Positions 1-9,978 of a stretch of 64,000 nucleotides of DNA are shown in pieces. Location: NCBI GenBank assembly GCA_963842525.1, contig CAWJGT010000023.1, positions 320,001-384,000 of the forward strand, in the 5' to 3' direction. The stretch's first letter is position 1. Every line of letters begins with the position of its first letter. The notes under the pieces are model-generated. The model was not told where the DNA came from, did not search any database, and saw nothing but the letters and a program-made list of their open reading frames with translations. The translations under genes and the position numbers were made by a program. The DNA is from an uncultured Holophagales bacterium (GTDB lineage: Bacteria; Acidobacteriota; Thermoanaerobaculia; Multivoradales; UBA5704).

Positions 1-374
1 GAAGAGGCCAGCGCCTGCTCGACCCAGAAACTCGACGCCGTCAACAGGACCTGCGCCTCCGCAGGGGTGAGCACCCGGTCGTACGGCTGGCGCATCACGA
101 CGCAGTAGGACGCTCCCGGCGTGGCCGCGAGGTCGTACTCTTCCCAACCGTAGAACGTGTTCTCGATGTATTGGAGCACCCGGCGGCTCGGCTGGCGCAA
201 GGCGACGTCCTGCGGACAGCCGGCGATCCCGAGCTCCTCCTGCGCGATCAGCCGGCCGGTCACCCGCTGTGGCAGCTCCTGCCACGGGACCTGCCGCATC
301 TCAGCCTGAGCCCGGGCCGTCCCGAGGACGACCGCGAGAAACGTTGCGAACAGCACGGCGACGCGCTTCGACAT
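1..374 (-). CDS. Secreted hypothetical protein, partial (runs off the window start)
   Basis: Manual translation from ATG at 374: MSKRVAVLFATFLAVVLGTARAQAEMRQ..., open to position 1. Signal-peptide-like N-terminus with a GGAGAGGAG RBS upstream. Not in the ORF track. Confidence 0.75.
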   Translation of the reverse strand, partial: MSKRVAVLFATFLAVVLGTARAQAEMRQVPWQELPQRVTGRLIAQEELGIAGCPQDVALRQPSRRVLQYIENTFYGWEEYDLAATPGASYCVVMRQPYDRVLTPAEAQVLLTASSFWVEQALAS

Positions 375-469
375 GGAGCTCCTCTCCGGGGCGTGGATTC
401 GCCCCCCTCACAGTCGGACACGTTCGGGCTGGAAATTGTTTAGAGGGTGTTTGGATGACTCTGCTGGGA

Positions 470-811
470 CCGCGGGAAGTCGAACCGCTGCCGCGGCGGC
501 GACAACGCCCACCGCGGGACCAGCTACAGCCACCGCGGGAAGTCGAACCGCTGCCGCGGCGGCGACAACGCCCACCGCGGGACCAGCTACAGCCACCGCG
601 GGAAGTTCGAACCGCTGCCGCGGCGGCGACAACGCCCACCGCGGGACCAGCTACAGCCACCGCGGGAAGTCGAACCGCTGCCGCGGCGGCGACAACGCCC
701 GCCGCGGGACCAGCTACAGCCACCGCGGGAAGTTGAACCGCTGCCGTGGCAGCGGCAACGCCCACCGCGGCAGCAGCTCCATCCACCGCGGGGAGTCGAA
801 CCAGTCCGCGG
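470..811. repeat. Tandem array of 17 x 21-bp units, each with CCGCGG (63-bp higher-order unit, ~5.5 copies)
   Basis: CCGCGG at 470, 491, 512, 533, 554, 575, 596, 618, 639, 660, 681, 702, 723, 744 (CCGTGG), 765, 786 and 806. Confidence 0.95.
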
Positions 812-994
812 GACCAGCAGGACTGCCGGCTTCCCGCCCTAGATCCTACACTCCCGCTCAGCATGACACGATAGACCGGGCTCTGCGGTGAGAACCTTCC
901 TGGATCGCTGGCGAGCTTCTTTGGAGCGTGCCCCGTTAACAAAATGGCTCCTCCGGCGTTTCTCTGGTGACGGCATCCGACGGGAGGATCTACC

Positions 995-2611
995 GTGATC
1001 GGGACGCCCATCCTTCTGCACCTTTTCCTCAATGCTCTCTGGATCATGCTCCAGGCCCAGAGCCCGCTCCTGACTGGCCGCTGGATTGGACAGTTGGACC
1101 TCGCGGGAGAGGCCACGGTCTTCCGGCTCAACGGCACCTCCGGCAGCGCGACGGTCGACCTCCTGCCGTCGGGGCCGTCGGCGCTGCCGGTCCAGGGCCT
1201 CTCGTCCCAGGAGTCCGGCATCCATTTCGAGCTGCCACTCGGGCCTTCGTCCCTCGTGTTCAACGGCCGGTCCGACGCGCAGGAGATCGCCGGGACCGTC
1301 CGCCGGGACGGCGCGGAAGGCCGCTTCCGGATGCTGCGTCTGGCCGACCTGGAGCCCTCCCGGCGCGAGCTGGTCACGGGCAACTACGAGACCGAGTCCG
1401 GACGGGTGATCTGGGTCGGCCCCTTCGGCGAGTTCGGGGCCGATCTCTACGTCCTCGACTACGCAACGGGCCGCTTCGGCGCGCTCTACCCGCGATCGGA
1501 GACAACTTTCGTGGCGGGGCCGGCGATCGTGACTCCCCTCTTCCCCCTGGCCCTGACCCTCACGTTCGAACCGGACGACAAAGGCCAGATCACCGGCCTG
1601 CTCTACCAGGAGGGCGACCACCCGGCGATCGGCGCGAGCCGCGCGCGCCGCCGCGACCTCACCCGGGAAGAGGTTTCGTTCCGCAACGGCGACGTGACTC
1701 TGGCCGGCATGCTCACCCTGCCACCCAAGAAAGGACCCCACCCGGCCATCGTGCTCATCCACGGCTCGGGACCCGAGGACCGCAACTTCCTGGGGCCGTG
1801 GATCGACTTCTTCGCGCGCCAGGGACTGGCCGTCCTGTCCTACGACAAGCGGGGCGTGGGCGCTTCGGGAGGCGACTGGCAGGACGCGGGCTTCGAAGAG
1901 CTGGCAGGCGACGCCCAGGCGGCCTTCCGATACCTCGCGGGCCGCGGCGACGTCGACCGCCGGCGGATCGGCTTGTTCGGCATCAGCCAGGGCGGCTGGA
2001 TTGCGCCGCTCATCGCGTCCCGCCACCCCGAAGTCGCCTTCATCGTGCTCCACGCCGGCGCGAGCGTCACCGCTGCGCGCCAAGGGGAGCTGCATCTCGA
2101 GCACGAGCTGCGGGCCTACGGCCTCCCCGAGGAGGAGATCGCGGCAGCGCTGGCGTACAAGCGGCTCGATGACGGGTACACACGCACCGGCCAGGGCTGG
2201 GAGAAGCTCCAGGCAGCGGACCGCAAGGCGCGCGAAGCCCCGGCGCAGTGGCTCTACGCCGACCTCCTGCCCGCCGACGCCCCGTTCCGCCGCATGTTCC
2301 GAAAGATGATGGACTTCGATCCCGCCGCTGCGTGGCGCCAGGTGAAATGCCCTGTGCTCGCGTTCTTCGGCGAGCTCGACCTCAACGTGCCGCCGCAGCC
2401 CAACCGGGAGATCCTGGAAAAGACCCTCGCGAGCGCCGGCCACACAGCCCATACGATCCGGGTCCTGCCCAAGGCGAACCACCTGTTCCTTCAGGCGGAG
2501 ACCGGCGTCATGACGGAGTATCCCCGCCTGCGCGGCTTCGTCCCTGAATACTTCACGGAGCTTGGAGGGTGGCTGCAGAAGGTTGTGCCCCTATCAAACC
2601 CCGCCATGTAG
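995..2611 (+). CDS. Alpha/beta-fold serine hydrolase (S9/S15-like), probably exported
   Basis: HGSG oxyanion motif, GISQGG nucleophile elbow, C-terminal Asp (GELD) and His (ANHLF); hydrophobic N-terminus. Confidence 0.85.
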   Translation: MIGTPILLHLFLNALWIMLQAQSPLLTGRWIGQLDLAGEATVFRLNGTSGSATVDLLPSGPSALPVQGLSSQESGIHFELPLGPSSLVFNGRSDAQEIAGTVRRDGAEGRFRMLRLADLEPSRRELVTGNYETESGRVIWVGPFGEFGADLYVLDYATGRFGALYPRSETTFVAGPAIVTPLFPLALTLTFEPDDKGQITGLLYQEGDHPAIGASRARRRDLTREEVSFRNGDVTLAGMLTLPPKKGPHPAIVLIHGSGPEDRNFLGPWIDFFARQGLAVLSYDKRGVGASGGDWQDAGFEELAGDAQAAFRYLAGRGDVDRRRIGLFGISQGGWIAPLIASRHPEVAFIVLHAGASVTAARQGELHLEHELRAYGLPEEEIAAALAYKRLDDGYTRTGQGWEKLQAADRKAREAPAQWLYADLLPADAPFRRMFRKMMDFDPAAAWRQVKCPVLAFFGELDLNVPPQPNREILEKTLASAGHTAHTIRVLPKANHLFLQAETGVMTEYPRLRGFVPEYFTELGGWLQKVVPLSNPAM

Positions 2612-2632
2612 GGGCGGGGCTTGTCCCCGCCC
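2608..2632 (+). repeat. GTAG-type REP-like palindrome
   Basis: GTAGGGGCGGGGCTTGTCCCCGCCC: GTAG head plus GC hairpin overlapping the stop codon. Confidence 0.6.
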
Positions 2633-2654
2633 GGGAGGGGGACCGGGCTCGACC

Positions 2655-2876
2655 TCAGCCTGTCGGGCGGCCTGAGTGCGCGAAACGCTTGGGTCTTTGC
2701 ACCACAAAGTAAAGGACCGCACCGACAGTGTGGGTCAGAGCGATGATGATGATCCAGACCAGCCGATTGGGGTCATCGACCCTCTTTGCACAATCGACAA
2801 GCATCCAGATCCAGAAGACAGTGGCGACGCCAACCAACAGCAGCATGAAGAGCTCGGCAGGGCCAATGCCAGGCAT
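2655..2876 (-). CDS. Small membrane protein, PLDc_N-like
   Basis: 73 aa; FWIWMLVDC...RLVWIIII...GAVLYF matches the phospholipase D N-terminal pattern; AGAGGAG RBS. Confidence 0.8.
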   Translation of the reverse strand: MPGIGPAELFMLLLVGVATVFWIWMLVDCAKRVDDPNRLVWIIIIALTHTVGAVLYFVVQRPKRFAHSGRPTG

Positions 2877-3288
2877 TCCAATCTCCTCTTATGATCCCTG
2901 GTTCAGAACGGGCGGTAAAGTCTCAGCTTGCTGCTGATGGAGGTACCTACCTCGAAAGCCTCCACCGACCAACCGGCGAAGGGGACATGCAGGAGCTTGA
3001 TCTCGGCTGGCATCTCACCAGCATCAGTTGTTACAGTAACCCGAGCCTTCGAGCCGTCCTCAATGTACGCCGTTGCGCAGGATGTCGTCCAGGGCCGAGG
3101 CCATCTCGGGCGCCAGATCGTCCCGACATGGATGCAGCTCCCTTTCCGCGTCCCGGGCGCAGGATTGTCGAGCCCCGGCATCTCGCCGGGGCTCCCGGAG
3201 AGGCCCGGCGCGCACCACACCTGTTAGAAGTGCGCCGTTTCCGGCTCGCGGCAAGGGAGCCGCGACCTACTTTCTGGGGAGACACATC

Positions 3289-5850
3289 ATGACAGGCAAA
3301 GGCATTTTCCACCGCTGGTGGGCCATCCTGGCGGCAGGCATGATAGCTGCCACCACTTTCACGACGGCGGCCACGGCACAGCAGGTCGATCAGAACCGGG
3401 GTGTGGATCCCCGGGTGGACTACCCCTCGTTCGTCCAGCTCGGACCCTGGGATGACCGCAACTACCGGGTCACGAAGGAGGATCTCGCCGTCCTCGCCCC
3501 CAACGAGCACGAGCTCAAGGACCCCATCCCCGTCTTCTTCCGGATCGAGCTGCGCAAGGCCATCCCCGGAATGCCGCGCATCGGCGTGGCCCAGTACCCA
3601 CGGAGCGCTCTCCAGGTCTTCGAGCTGAAGTACGGCGGCTACCTGATCGGCAAGACCCTGTACAAGGGGGCGACCTACCGCAATGGCCGCTTCGAGGTGG
3701 TGCAGACCAAGGGCGTCACCGTGGAGGAGTTCGAGAACAAGGCTCTGACCAATGACGTGCGCGTCACCTCGCCGACCGGCGGCGCCGAATCGGCGGTGAA
3801 GATCCATCCGACGGATGTCAACAAGGTGGTGGCTGGATCGAACGGGCCCGGCTCGGGCCAGATCATGTGGTTTTCGACCAACGGCGGCTCCACCTGGACC
3901 CAGGCCGCTGCTCTTCCCCAGGGCGGCACCTGCTGCGACCCCACGGTCGACTGGTCCTCGAATGGCCAGTTCGCCTACACCTCCACCCTCGGCGGCTGCG
4001 GTGCGGTCTGCAATGTGTGGGTCTACCGCTCCTCCGACGGCGGCGCCACCTGGAACGACCTGGCGACCATCACGCCGGGAGACGGCCGGCGCGAGGTCAC
4101 CTCGGCGAACACCAGCGACAAGCAGTACATCCACGTCGACAAGTTCGCGACCTCTCCCTTCCGCGACAACATCTACCAGTGCTGGCACGACAACAACGTC
4201 CTGAAGCACTCGCGGTCGACGGACTTCGCCCACACCTGGAGCGCGCCGCTGACCATGTCGAGCGGCACGAGCCAGTCGGGCATCGGCTGCGATCTGACGA
4301 CCGACAAGGCCGGCAATGTCTATTATTTCTGGCCGGCGGTCAACGGCCAGACCATCCTGATGCGCAAGTCGACCAACGGCGGCTCGAGCTTCGCCGCGGC
4401 CGCTACCGTGTCCACCACGTCGGACGGCTACGATTTCGCCATCCCGGCGATGGAGACCCGCCGCGCTTTCATTTACGCGTCCGCCGATGCGGACGTTTCG
4501 AACGGCGCCTTTGCGAATTCAATCTACGTCGCCTGGACGGACACCACGGCTCCCGAGACGTCGCCCCCCGCCAACAACCATGGCCGCATCCGGGTCGCCT
4601 ACTCCCGGGACGGCGGCGCCACCTGGACGGTCCGCACGCCGCACGAGACGGCCGATGCCAACACGGTCGACCGTTTCCATCCCTGGCTGGGAGTCGGCCC
4701 GGACGGCAAGGTCTATGTCATGTTCTATGACACCCGCCGCAGCCCAACCCGGGTGGGAGTCGACATCTTCTATTCCGTCTCCTCCGACGGCGGCAACACC
4801 TGGCCGACGCCGGTCCGCCTGACCAGCGTGCTGTCGCCGCAGATCGACACCGGCTTCGAGTGGGGTGACTACAACGGTCTGGACATCGTCGGCAACCAGC
4901 TCATCACCATCTTCACCGACAACCGGCACGAGACCGGCGGTACCGCCGACTCGGTCGACGTCTATGCCGCAGGGGTCCAGATCGGCGGCGGCCCGGGCAA
5001 TACGCCGCCGGTCGTGACCATCACCGCGCCGCCCAACGGCACCTCGGTGGCGCAGGGCACCTCGGTGACCTTCAGCGGCACGGCCACGGACGCCGAGGAC
5101 GGCAACATTTCAGCCAGCCTGACCTGGACCTCGAGCATCAACGGCATTTTCGGCAGCGGCGCCTCGTTCAGCACCTCGACGCTCTCGGCGGGCACCCACA
5201 CGATCACCGCTTCGGTGACCGACAGCGCCGGCGCTCCGGGCTCTGCCCAGATCACCCTGACAGTGACCTCCGGCTCGACGACGGTGACCTTCAATTCGGT
5301 GGCCGCGCAGGACGGCCGCATCTGGGAGTCGGGCGAGAACACCAACGTCGGCGGCGGCGGCAACTCGACCGAAAACCTGACGACCGCGCTTCGGATCGGC
5401 GACACCAACGTCGACGAGCAGTACAAGAGCATCGTCTCCTTCGACACCTCGTCGATCCCGGACGGCGCGACGATCCTGTCGGCGACCCTGCGCCTGGTGC
5501 GCGGCGCCATCTCCGGCACCAGCCCCTTCTCCACCCACGGCCCCTGCGTCGCCGACATCGTGACCGGCGGCTTCGGCGGCTCGACCGCCTTTGCCTTCGC
5601 CGACTGGCAGGCGGCGGCGACAGCCAACGCCGTGGCCACCATGTCGAGCCCGGCCAGCAACGGCTCCCCGTCGACGGGCAGCCTGAACGCGGCCGGCCTG
5701 AGCGCCGTCAACAAGACCGGAACGACGCAGCTCCGCGTTTACTGCACGCTCGGCGACAACGACGACAACGGCTACGACTACATCGGCTTCTACCCGGGTG
5801 AGGCCACCACGGCAACCAACCGCCCGCAGCTTACCGTCACCTACCAGTAG
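3289..5850 (+). CDS. Secreted BNR/Asp-box (sialidase-like) beta-propeller protein with Ig/PKD-like and C-terminal beta-sandwich domains
   Basis: ATG at 3289 after a GGGGAG RBS; signal peptide; repeated SxDGGxTW Asp-boxes; GDY motif; Thr/Ser-rich Ig-like module (NTPPVVTITAP). Confidence 0.85.
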   Translation: MTGKGIFHRWWAILAAGMIAATTFTTAATAQQVDQNRGVDPRVDYPSFVQLGPWDDRNYRVTKEDLAVLAPNEHELKDPIPVFFRIELRKAIPGMPRIGVAQYPRSALQVFELKYGGYLIGKTLYKGATYRNGRFEVVQTKGVTVEEFENKALTNDVRVTSPTGGAESAVKIHPTDVNKVVAGSNGPGSGQIMWFSTNGGSTWTQAAALPQGGTCCDPTVDWSSNGQFAYTSTLGGCGAVCNVWVYRSSDGGATWNDLATITPGDGRREVTSANTSDKQYIHVDKFATSPFRDNIYQCWHDNNVLKHSRSTDFAHTWSAPLTMSSGTSQSGIGCDLTTDKAGNVYYFWPAVNGQTILMRKSTNGGSSFAAAATVSTTSDGYDFAIPAMETRRAFIYASADADVSNGAFANSIYVAWTDTTAPETSPPANNHGRIRVAYSRDGGATWTVRTPHETADANTVDRFHPWLGVGPDGKVYVMFYDTRRSPTRVGVDIFYSVSSDGGNTWPTPVRLTSVLSPQIDTGFEWGDYNGLDIVGNQLITIFTDNRHETGGTADSVDVYAAGVQIGGGPGNTPPVVTITAPPNGTSVAQGTSVTFSGTATDAEDGNISASLTWTSSINGIFGSGASFSTSTLSAGTHTITASVTDSAGAPGSAQITLTVTSGSTTVTFNSVAAQDGRIWESGENTNVGGGGNSTENLTTALRIGDTNVDEQYKSIVSFDTSSIPDGATILSATLRLVRGAISGTSPFSTHGPCVADIVTGGFGGSTAFAFADWQAAATANAVATMSSPASNGSPSTGSLNAAGLSAVNKTGTTQLRVYCTLGDNDDNGYDYIGFYPGEATTATNRPQLTVTYQ

Positions 5851-5874
5851 ACTCCGAGGAGGCAACCGGTCAAG

Positions 5875-5900
5875 GGGGGCGCGATCCGTCGCGCTCCCCC
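5875..5900. terminator. GC hairpin after the BNR gene (terminator or REP-like)
   Basis: GGGGGGCGCGATCCGTCGCGCTCCCC stem-loop. Confidence 0.5.
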
Positions 5901-6045
5901 ACTCCGGGACGCCGATGACCAGCGGCAGCGCGCGCAGCACTGGCAAGGCCGTCGCCCCCGTGGACCCAACCGAACACTCGCCGGGCACCTGTTCGGCACG
6001 GTTTGTAGACCATGCCGGCGTTTTACGGCGTAGAATGACGGCGTC

Positions 6046-7206
6046 ATGGTCGAAGCGGTACTGCCACGGATCACGGTCGCGCCGAAGGGCAGCTTCTTCC
6101 TGTTCGGTGCCCGCGGAGTCGGCAAGAGCACCTGGGCACGCGAGACCTTCCCAGGTGCTCACCGCTTCGACCTTCTCGACGAAGGGCTCTTTCAAAGCTT
6201 CCTTTCCGACCCGGCGTTGTTCGGCGCCGAGCTGCGGACGCTCGAGCCGGGCAGTTGGGTGGTCGTCGACGAGGTACAACGGATTCCCGGGCTTTTGAAC
6301 GAGGTCCACCGCGCGATCGAGGAGCTACGGCTGCGCTTCGCGCTGCTCGGATCGAGCGCCCGGAAGCTCAAGACCGCGGGGACCAACCTCTTGGCCGGCC
6401 GGGCTCTATGGCGAACGATGTACCCCTTCGTGCCGCAGGAGCTGGGCGCCGCTTTCGACCTCGAGAGCACCTTGCAGTTCGGGAGTATCCCTCTGGTGGT
6501 GGCATCCGAGGATCGAGGGGCGACCTTGGCGGCCTATTTCCAGCTCTATATCCGTGAGGAGATTCGGGGCGAAGCGTTGGTGCGGAATCTTCCGGGCTTC
6601 GTCCGCTTTCTCCCGATCGCTGCTCTCGCGCACGGCCAGGTTGTCAACGTCGCCGGCATCGCCCGCGATTCGGGCACCGCGCGAACCACCGTCCAGGGCT
6701 ATCTCGAGATCCTCGAGGATACCCTTCTCGCCTGGCGGCTCGCGGCTTTCGAGACCCGCCTGCGAGTGCGGGAACGCAAGCACCCGAAGCTCTACTGGCT
6801 CGATCCCGGCTTGGTGCGCGCGGTCAAAAAGCAGGTCGGCACCGTATCTTCCGAGGAGGCGGGCTCCCTGTTCGAAGGCTGGATCCACACCTTGCTCCGC
6901 GCCTACGGCGGCACGGGCACGCTCTTCGACGAGATCGCCTACTGGTCGCCGGCCGAAGCTCGGTCGGTCGAGGTCGATTTTCTCCTCCAGCGGGGCGGCG
7001 AGCACCTGGCCCTCGAAGTGAAAGCCGGGGCGCGCTTCACGCCCGCCTGGCTGTCCGGCCTCACGGCGATCGGCGACCTGCCGCGGCTCGCGCGGCGGAT
7101 CCTGGTCTACACCGGCACACGCGAGCTGCGCACTCCGGAGGGAATCGAGGTCTGGCCGCTCGACAAGCTCCTCACCGCGCTCGCGGACGGGACGCTCTGG
7201 CCGTGA
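6046..7206 (+). CDS. AAA+ ATPase with DUF4143 / C-terminal PD-(D/E)XK-like domain
   Basis: Walker A GARGVGKS, Walker B VVVDEVQ, GSS motif, KLYWLDPG, C-terminal EVDF...LEVK. Confidence 0.9.
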   Translation: MVEAVLPRITVAPKGSFFLFGARGVGKSTWARETFPGAHRFDLLDEGLFQSFLSDPALFGAELRTLEPGSWVVVDEVQRIPGLLNEVHRAIEELRLRFALLGSSARKLKTAGTNLLAGRALWRTMYPFVPQELGAAFDLESTLQFGSIPLVVASEDRGATLAAYFQLYIREEIRGEALVRNLPGFVRFLPIAALAHGQVVNVAGIARDSGTARTTVQGYLEILEDTLLAWRLAAFETRLRVRERKHPKLYWLDPGLVRAVKKQVGTVSSEEAGSLFEGWIHTLLRAYGGTGTLFDEIAYWSPAEARSVEVDFLLQRGGEHLALEVKAGARFTPAWLSGLTAIGDLPRLARRILVYTGTRELRTPEGIEVWPLDKLLTALADGTLWP

Positions 7207-7247
7207 GCCTCGCCGGCCGGCGCCGAATCACAGCCCGTGCCGGCAGC

Positions 7248-7278
7248 AGGGGCGCGATGGATCGCGCCCCTTTTCTTT
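7248..7278 (+). terminator. Intrinsic terminator
   Basis: AGGGGCGCGAT-GG-ATCGCGCCCCT hairpin followed by TTTCTTT. Confidence 0.7.
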
Positions 7279-7395
7279 CGCGGCGCGCCTCGGGCGAGCG
7301 GCCGTGCGTCAGCGCCGCCCCGGCCCCTCGGGCATGGATGTTCCGCCCGGCCGCAAGATCCTCTATAATCTTTGTCGCAACCCTGTAAGCCGACG

Positions 7396-9042
7396 ATGTA
7401 CCGACGACTGCTCGCCCTCGCTTCTGCCGCCCTGCTGGCCACGGCCTGCGACTCCACGAACCCGGTGGCGCCGCCGGCTCCGGACGACCCCGGCTCGCCC
7501 ACGACGCTGACGGTCACCGTGGCCTCGGACCGCGGCCAGATCGAGGCCGGCTCCTCGCAGGCGGCCAACTTGACGGTCACGGCGAAGAAAAGGGACGGCT
7601 CGCCGGCTCCGGACGGCACCGAGGTCGCCCTCAACACCAATCTGGGCAGCTTCGGGTCGGACAACCTGGGCAACCCGGTCCAACTCGTCACGAAGACGCT
7701 CGCCGGCGGCACCACCACGGTCCAGTTCTTCGCCGGCAGCGCCCAGGGCACCGCCAACATCCTTGCCCAGGCGGGCACCGCCTTGGGGCAGATCAACCTG
7801 CCGATCGTGGCGGCGTCGGCCCCGCCGGTGGCGGAGTTCGCCTTCGAGGCCAGCGGCCTGTCGGTCCTCTTCGAGGACGCCTCGACGGGCACCCCGACCG
7901 CCTGGATCTGGGACTTCGGCGACGGCAAGGTGAGCACGGCGAAGAGCCCGCTCCACACCTACTCCGCGGCCGGCAGCTACGCGGTGTCGCTCACGGTCAC
8001 GGCCGCGGGCGGACAGAGCACCAAGCGCAAGTTCGTCACGGTCGACGAAGGCGATGCGCTGATCGCCAACTTCACCTTCTCGACGAACGGCCTGACCGTG
8101 CTGTTCACGGACGCGTCGGCCGGCAGTCCCCGGAGCTATTTCTGGGACTTCGGCGACGGCAAGACGAGCACGGCGAAGAGCCCGAGCCACACCTACGCCG
8201 GGCCGGGCGACTATACGGTCACGCTGACGGTCGCCAATGCCTTCGGCACCACGGACAGCCTGAGCAAGTTCGTGACGCTGTCGCTTGGCACTGCGCCGGT
8301 GGCGGAGTTCCAGTTCGAGACCGACGGCCTGCGGGCCCTGTTCACCGACGCATCGACCAACACGCCGACCCGCTGGGCCTGGGACTTCGGCGACGGCGGG
8401 ACGAGCACGCAGCAGAACCCCTCCCACAACTTCTCCACCGGGGGCACCTACAACGTGACCCTCACGGCCTCGAACAACGGCGGCTCCTCGTCGAAAACCA
8501 AGTTCGTCACCGTCTCGCTGGGCACGCCGCCGGTGGCCTCCTTCGAGGCCACGCCCAACGCCCTGAACGTCGCCTTCACGGACACCTCGACGAACACCCC
8601 CACGAGCTGGAGCTGGGAATTCGGCGACGGCGGCACGAGCACGCTGCAGAACCCCTCCCATACCTATGCGGCCGCCGGCAGCTATACGGTGGCGCTGACC
8701 GCCTCGAATGCCGCGGGCTCCAACCGCACCACCAAGGTGATCACCGTCTCGGCCAGCGCAAACCCGCCGGTGGCCAACTTCTGCTACCGGCGCAACGGGC
8801 TGGCCGTGGTCTTTTCCGACTTCTCCAACCAGGGCCCCACCGCCTGGCAATGGAATTTCGGCGATTGCAGCACCTCGCCTTCGACCTGCCAGAGCACCCT
8901 CCAGAATCCCGCCCACACCTATGCCGCGGCCGGCACCTTCGCCGTCGTGCTCGCGGTCTCCAACTCGGCGGGTGACAGCTCGATCAGCAAGTTCGTCGAG
9001 GTCACCGGCACGACCGTGGACCTCGTGCCGATCTGCTTATAA
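7396..9042 (+). CDS. Lipoprotein with five PKD domains
   Basis: Lipobox LATA-C; five WxW(D/E/N)FGD...P.HTY repeats; TATAAT at 7364-7369 upstream. Confidence 0.9.
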   Translation: MYRRLLALASAALLATACDSTNPVAPPAPDDPGSPTTLTVTVASDRGQIEAGSSQAANLTVTAKKRDGSPAPDGTEVALNTNLGSFGSDNLGNPVQLVTKTLAGGTTTVQFFAGSAQGTANILAQAGTALGQINLPIVAASAPPVAEFAFEASGLSVLFEDASTGTPTAWIWDFGDGKVSTAKSPLHTYSAAGSYAVSLTVTAAGGQSTKRKFVTVDEGDALIANFTFSTNGLTVLFTDASAGSPRSYFWDFGDGKTSTAKSPSHTYAGPGDYTVTLTVANAFGTTDSLSKFVTLSLGTAPVAEFQFETDGLRALFTDASTNTPTRWAWDFGDGGTSTQQNPSHNFSTGGTYNVTLTASNNGGSSSKTKFVTVSLGTPPVASFEATPNALNVAFTDTSTNTPTSWSWEFGDGGTSTLQNPSHTYAAAGSYTVALTASNAAGSNRTTKVITVSASANPPVANFCYRRNGLAVVFSDFSNQGPTAWQWNFGDCSTSPSTCQSTLQNPAHTYAAAGTFAVVLAVSNSAGDSSISKFVEVTGTTVDLVPICL

Positions 9043-9056
9043 CCGAGAGGCCGAAT

Positions 9057-9165
9057 GTGCAGCGAGCTCAAATGGGTTTCGCCCTGCTGCTCCTGGCGAT
9101 GTCTTCTCCGGTCTACGCCTGGGGACCTATCGGACACCGGACCGTCGGCAGGATCGCGATAACAG
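9057..9165 (+). pseudogene. 5' remnant of an S1/P1 nuclease gene
   Basis: Signal peptide followed by AWGPIGHRTVGRIA, the N-terminal WG..GH..V..IA motif of the S1/P1 family; no further homology is visible. Confidence 0.65.
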
Positions 9166-9233
9166 GATCAACCAGCTCCTCTCTCCCCGGGTTTCGCACC
9201 AAGACGAGACCAACCGGTCTCAACGCTGCGGGG

Positions 9234-9497
9234 TCATCGCAATGCCGTGCTCCGCAGCAGCAGGATCGCTTTCTCCAGAAACAGCCGCGCCTGCAGGATG
9301 CGCGGGCGTACCGCCGCCTCGTCTTCGTCCGCCAGGTCCGACACCTCCAGGGCTTCGAGCGACTCGGACACGCGTATCAATGTCCGCCGGTGACCGGCGA
9401 GGAGCGGCCTCGCCTCCACTCTCTGCCTTACCGCGGTATCCAGGCCGCCGCCGTTCGGCAGCGTCACAACAAAAGTTTCGATCAGATCGTCGATCAT
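9234..9497 (-). CDS. Small hypothetical protein
   Basis: 87 aa with natural, helical-looking composition; GGAG upstream. Confidence 0.5.
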   Translation of the reverse strand: MIDDLIETFVVTLPNGGGLDTAVRQRVEARPLLAGHRRTLIRVSESLEALEVSDLADEDEAAVRPRILQARLFLEKAILLLRSTALR

Positions 9498-9564
9498 TCA
9501 ACGTCTCCACGAAAAAAGGGGCTGGTGCGACCAGCCCGATCCAAGCACAACGCGAGGCCCCTCC

Positions 9565-9785
9565 TCAGCTCTTCTCGTCCACGACCGCCAGCAGCGCCCG
9601 GAGCAGCGGCTCGACATGGTCCCTCAGCAGCCCCTGGACCGAGATCCGGAGGCCTGTCACACCTTCCGGGTGCGTTTTGAAGTCCTCCAGGTCCAACTCC
9701 TCCGGCGCCGCCGGGAGCATTTTTTCGATCAGGAACAGCCGCGTGTGCAGCGCCTTGAGGAGCCGGACGCGCCTCTCCTCACGCG
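9565..9785 (-). pseudogene. C-terminal remnant of a small helical protein
   Basis: ...RVRLLKALHTRLFLIEKML...LLRDHVEPLLRALLAVVDEKS* reads like real protein but has no credible start. Confidence 0.4.
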
Positions 9786-9978
9786 CGAGATCACCACCTT
9801 CCGGCTGGTCGGGGCCGCGTACCGCAGGGCCAGCGAGACACACCGCGTGCGCCTCTATACCCGTGAGGAGATCGAAAGCGAGCTGCGGCAGGCCGGGTTC
9901 TCGGTCCGTGTGCAGCGCCGCTATGGCACGCAGGAGGTGGGGCCGCAGCGGCTCGTCTTCTGCGCTCGCAAGATCTAA
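9775..9978 (+). pseudogene. C-terminal remnant of a class I SAM-dependent methyltransferase
   Basis: LLTREITTFR...ETHRVRLYTREEIESELRQAGF...RLVFCARK resembles a methyltransferase C-terminus; the SAM-binding N-terminus is absent. Confidence 0.55.

Noticed and set aside
470-811. Possible CRISPR array
   Set aside because: The units repeat in full with no unique spacers, and there are no cas genes in the window.
2903-3220. Short ORFs between the PLDc_N gene and the BNR gene
   Set aside because: No recognisable motif or RBS; possibly a decayed fragment, but not supportable.
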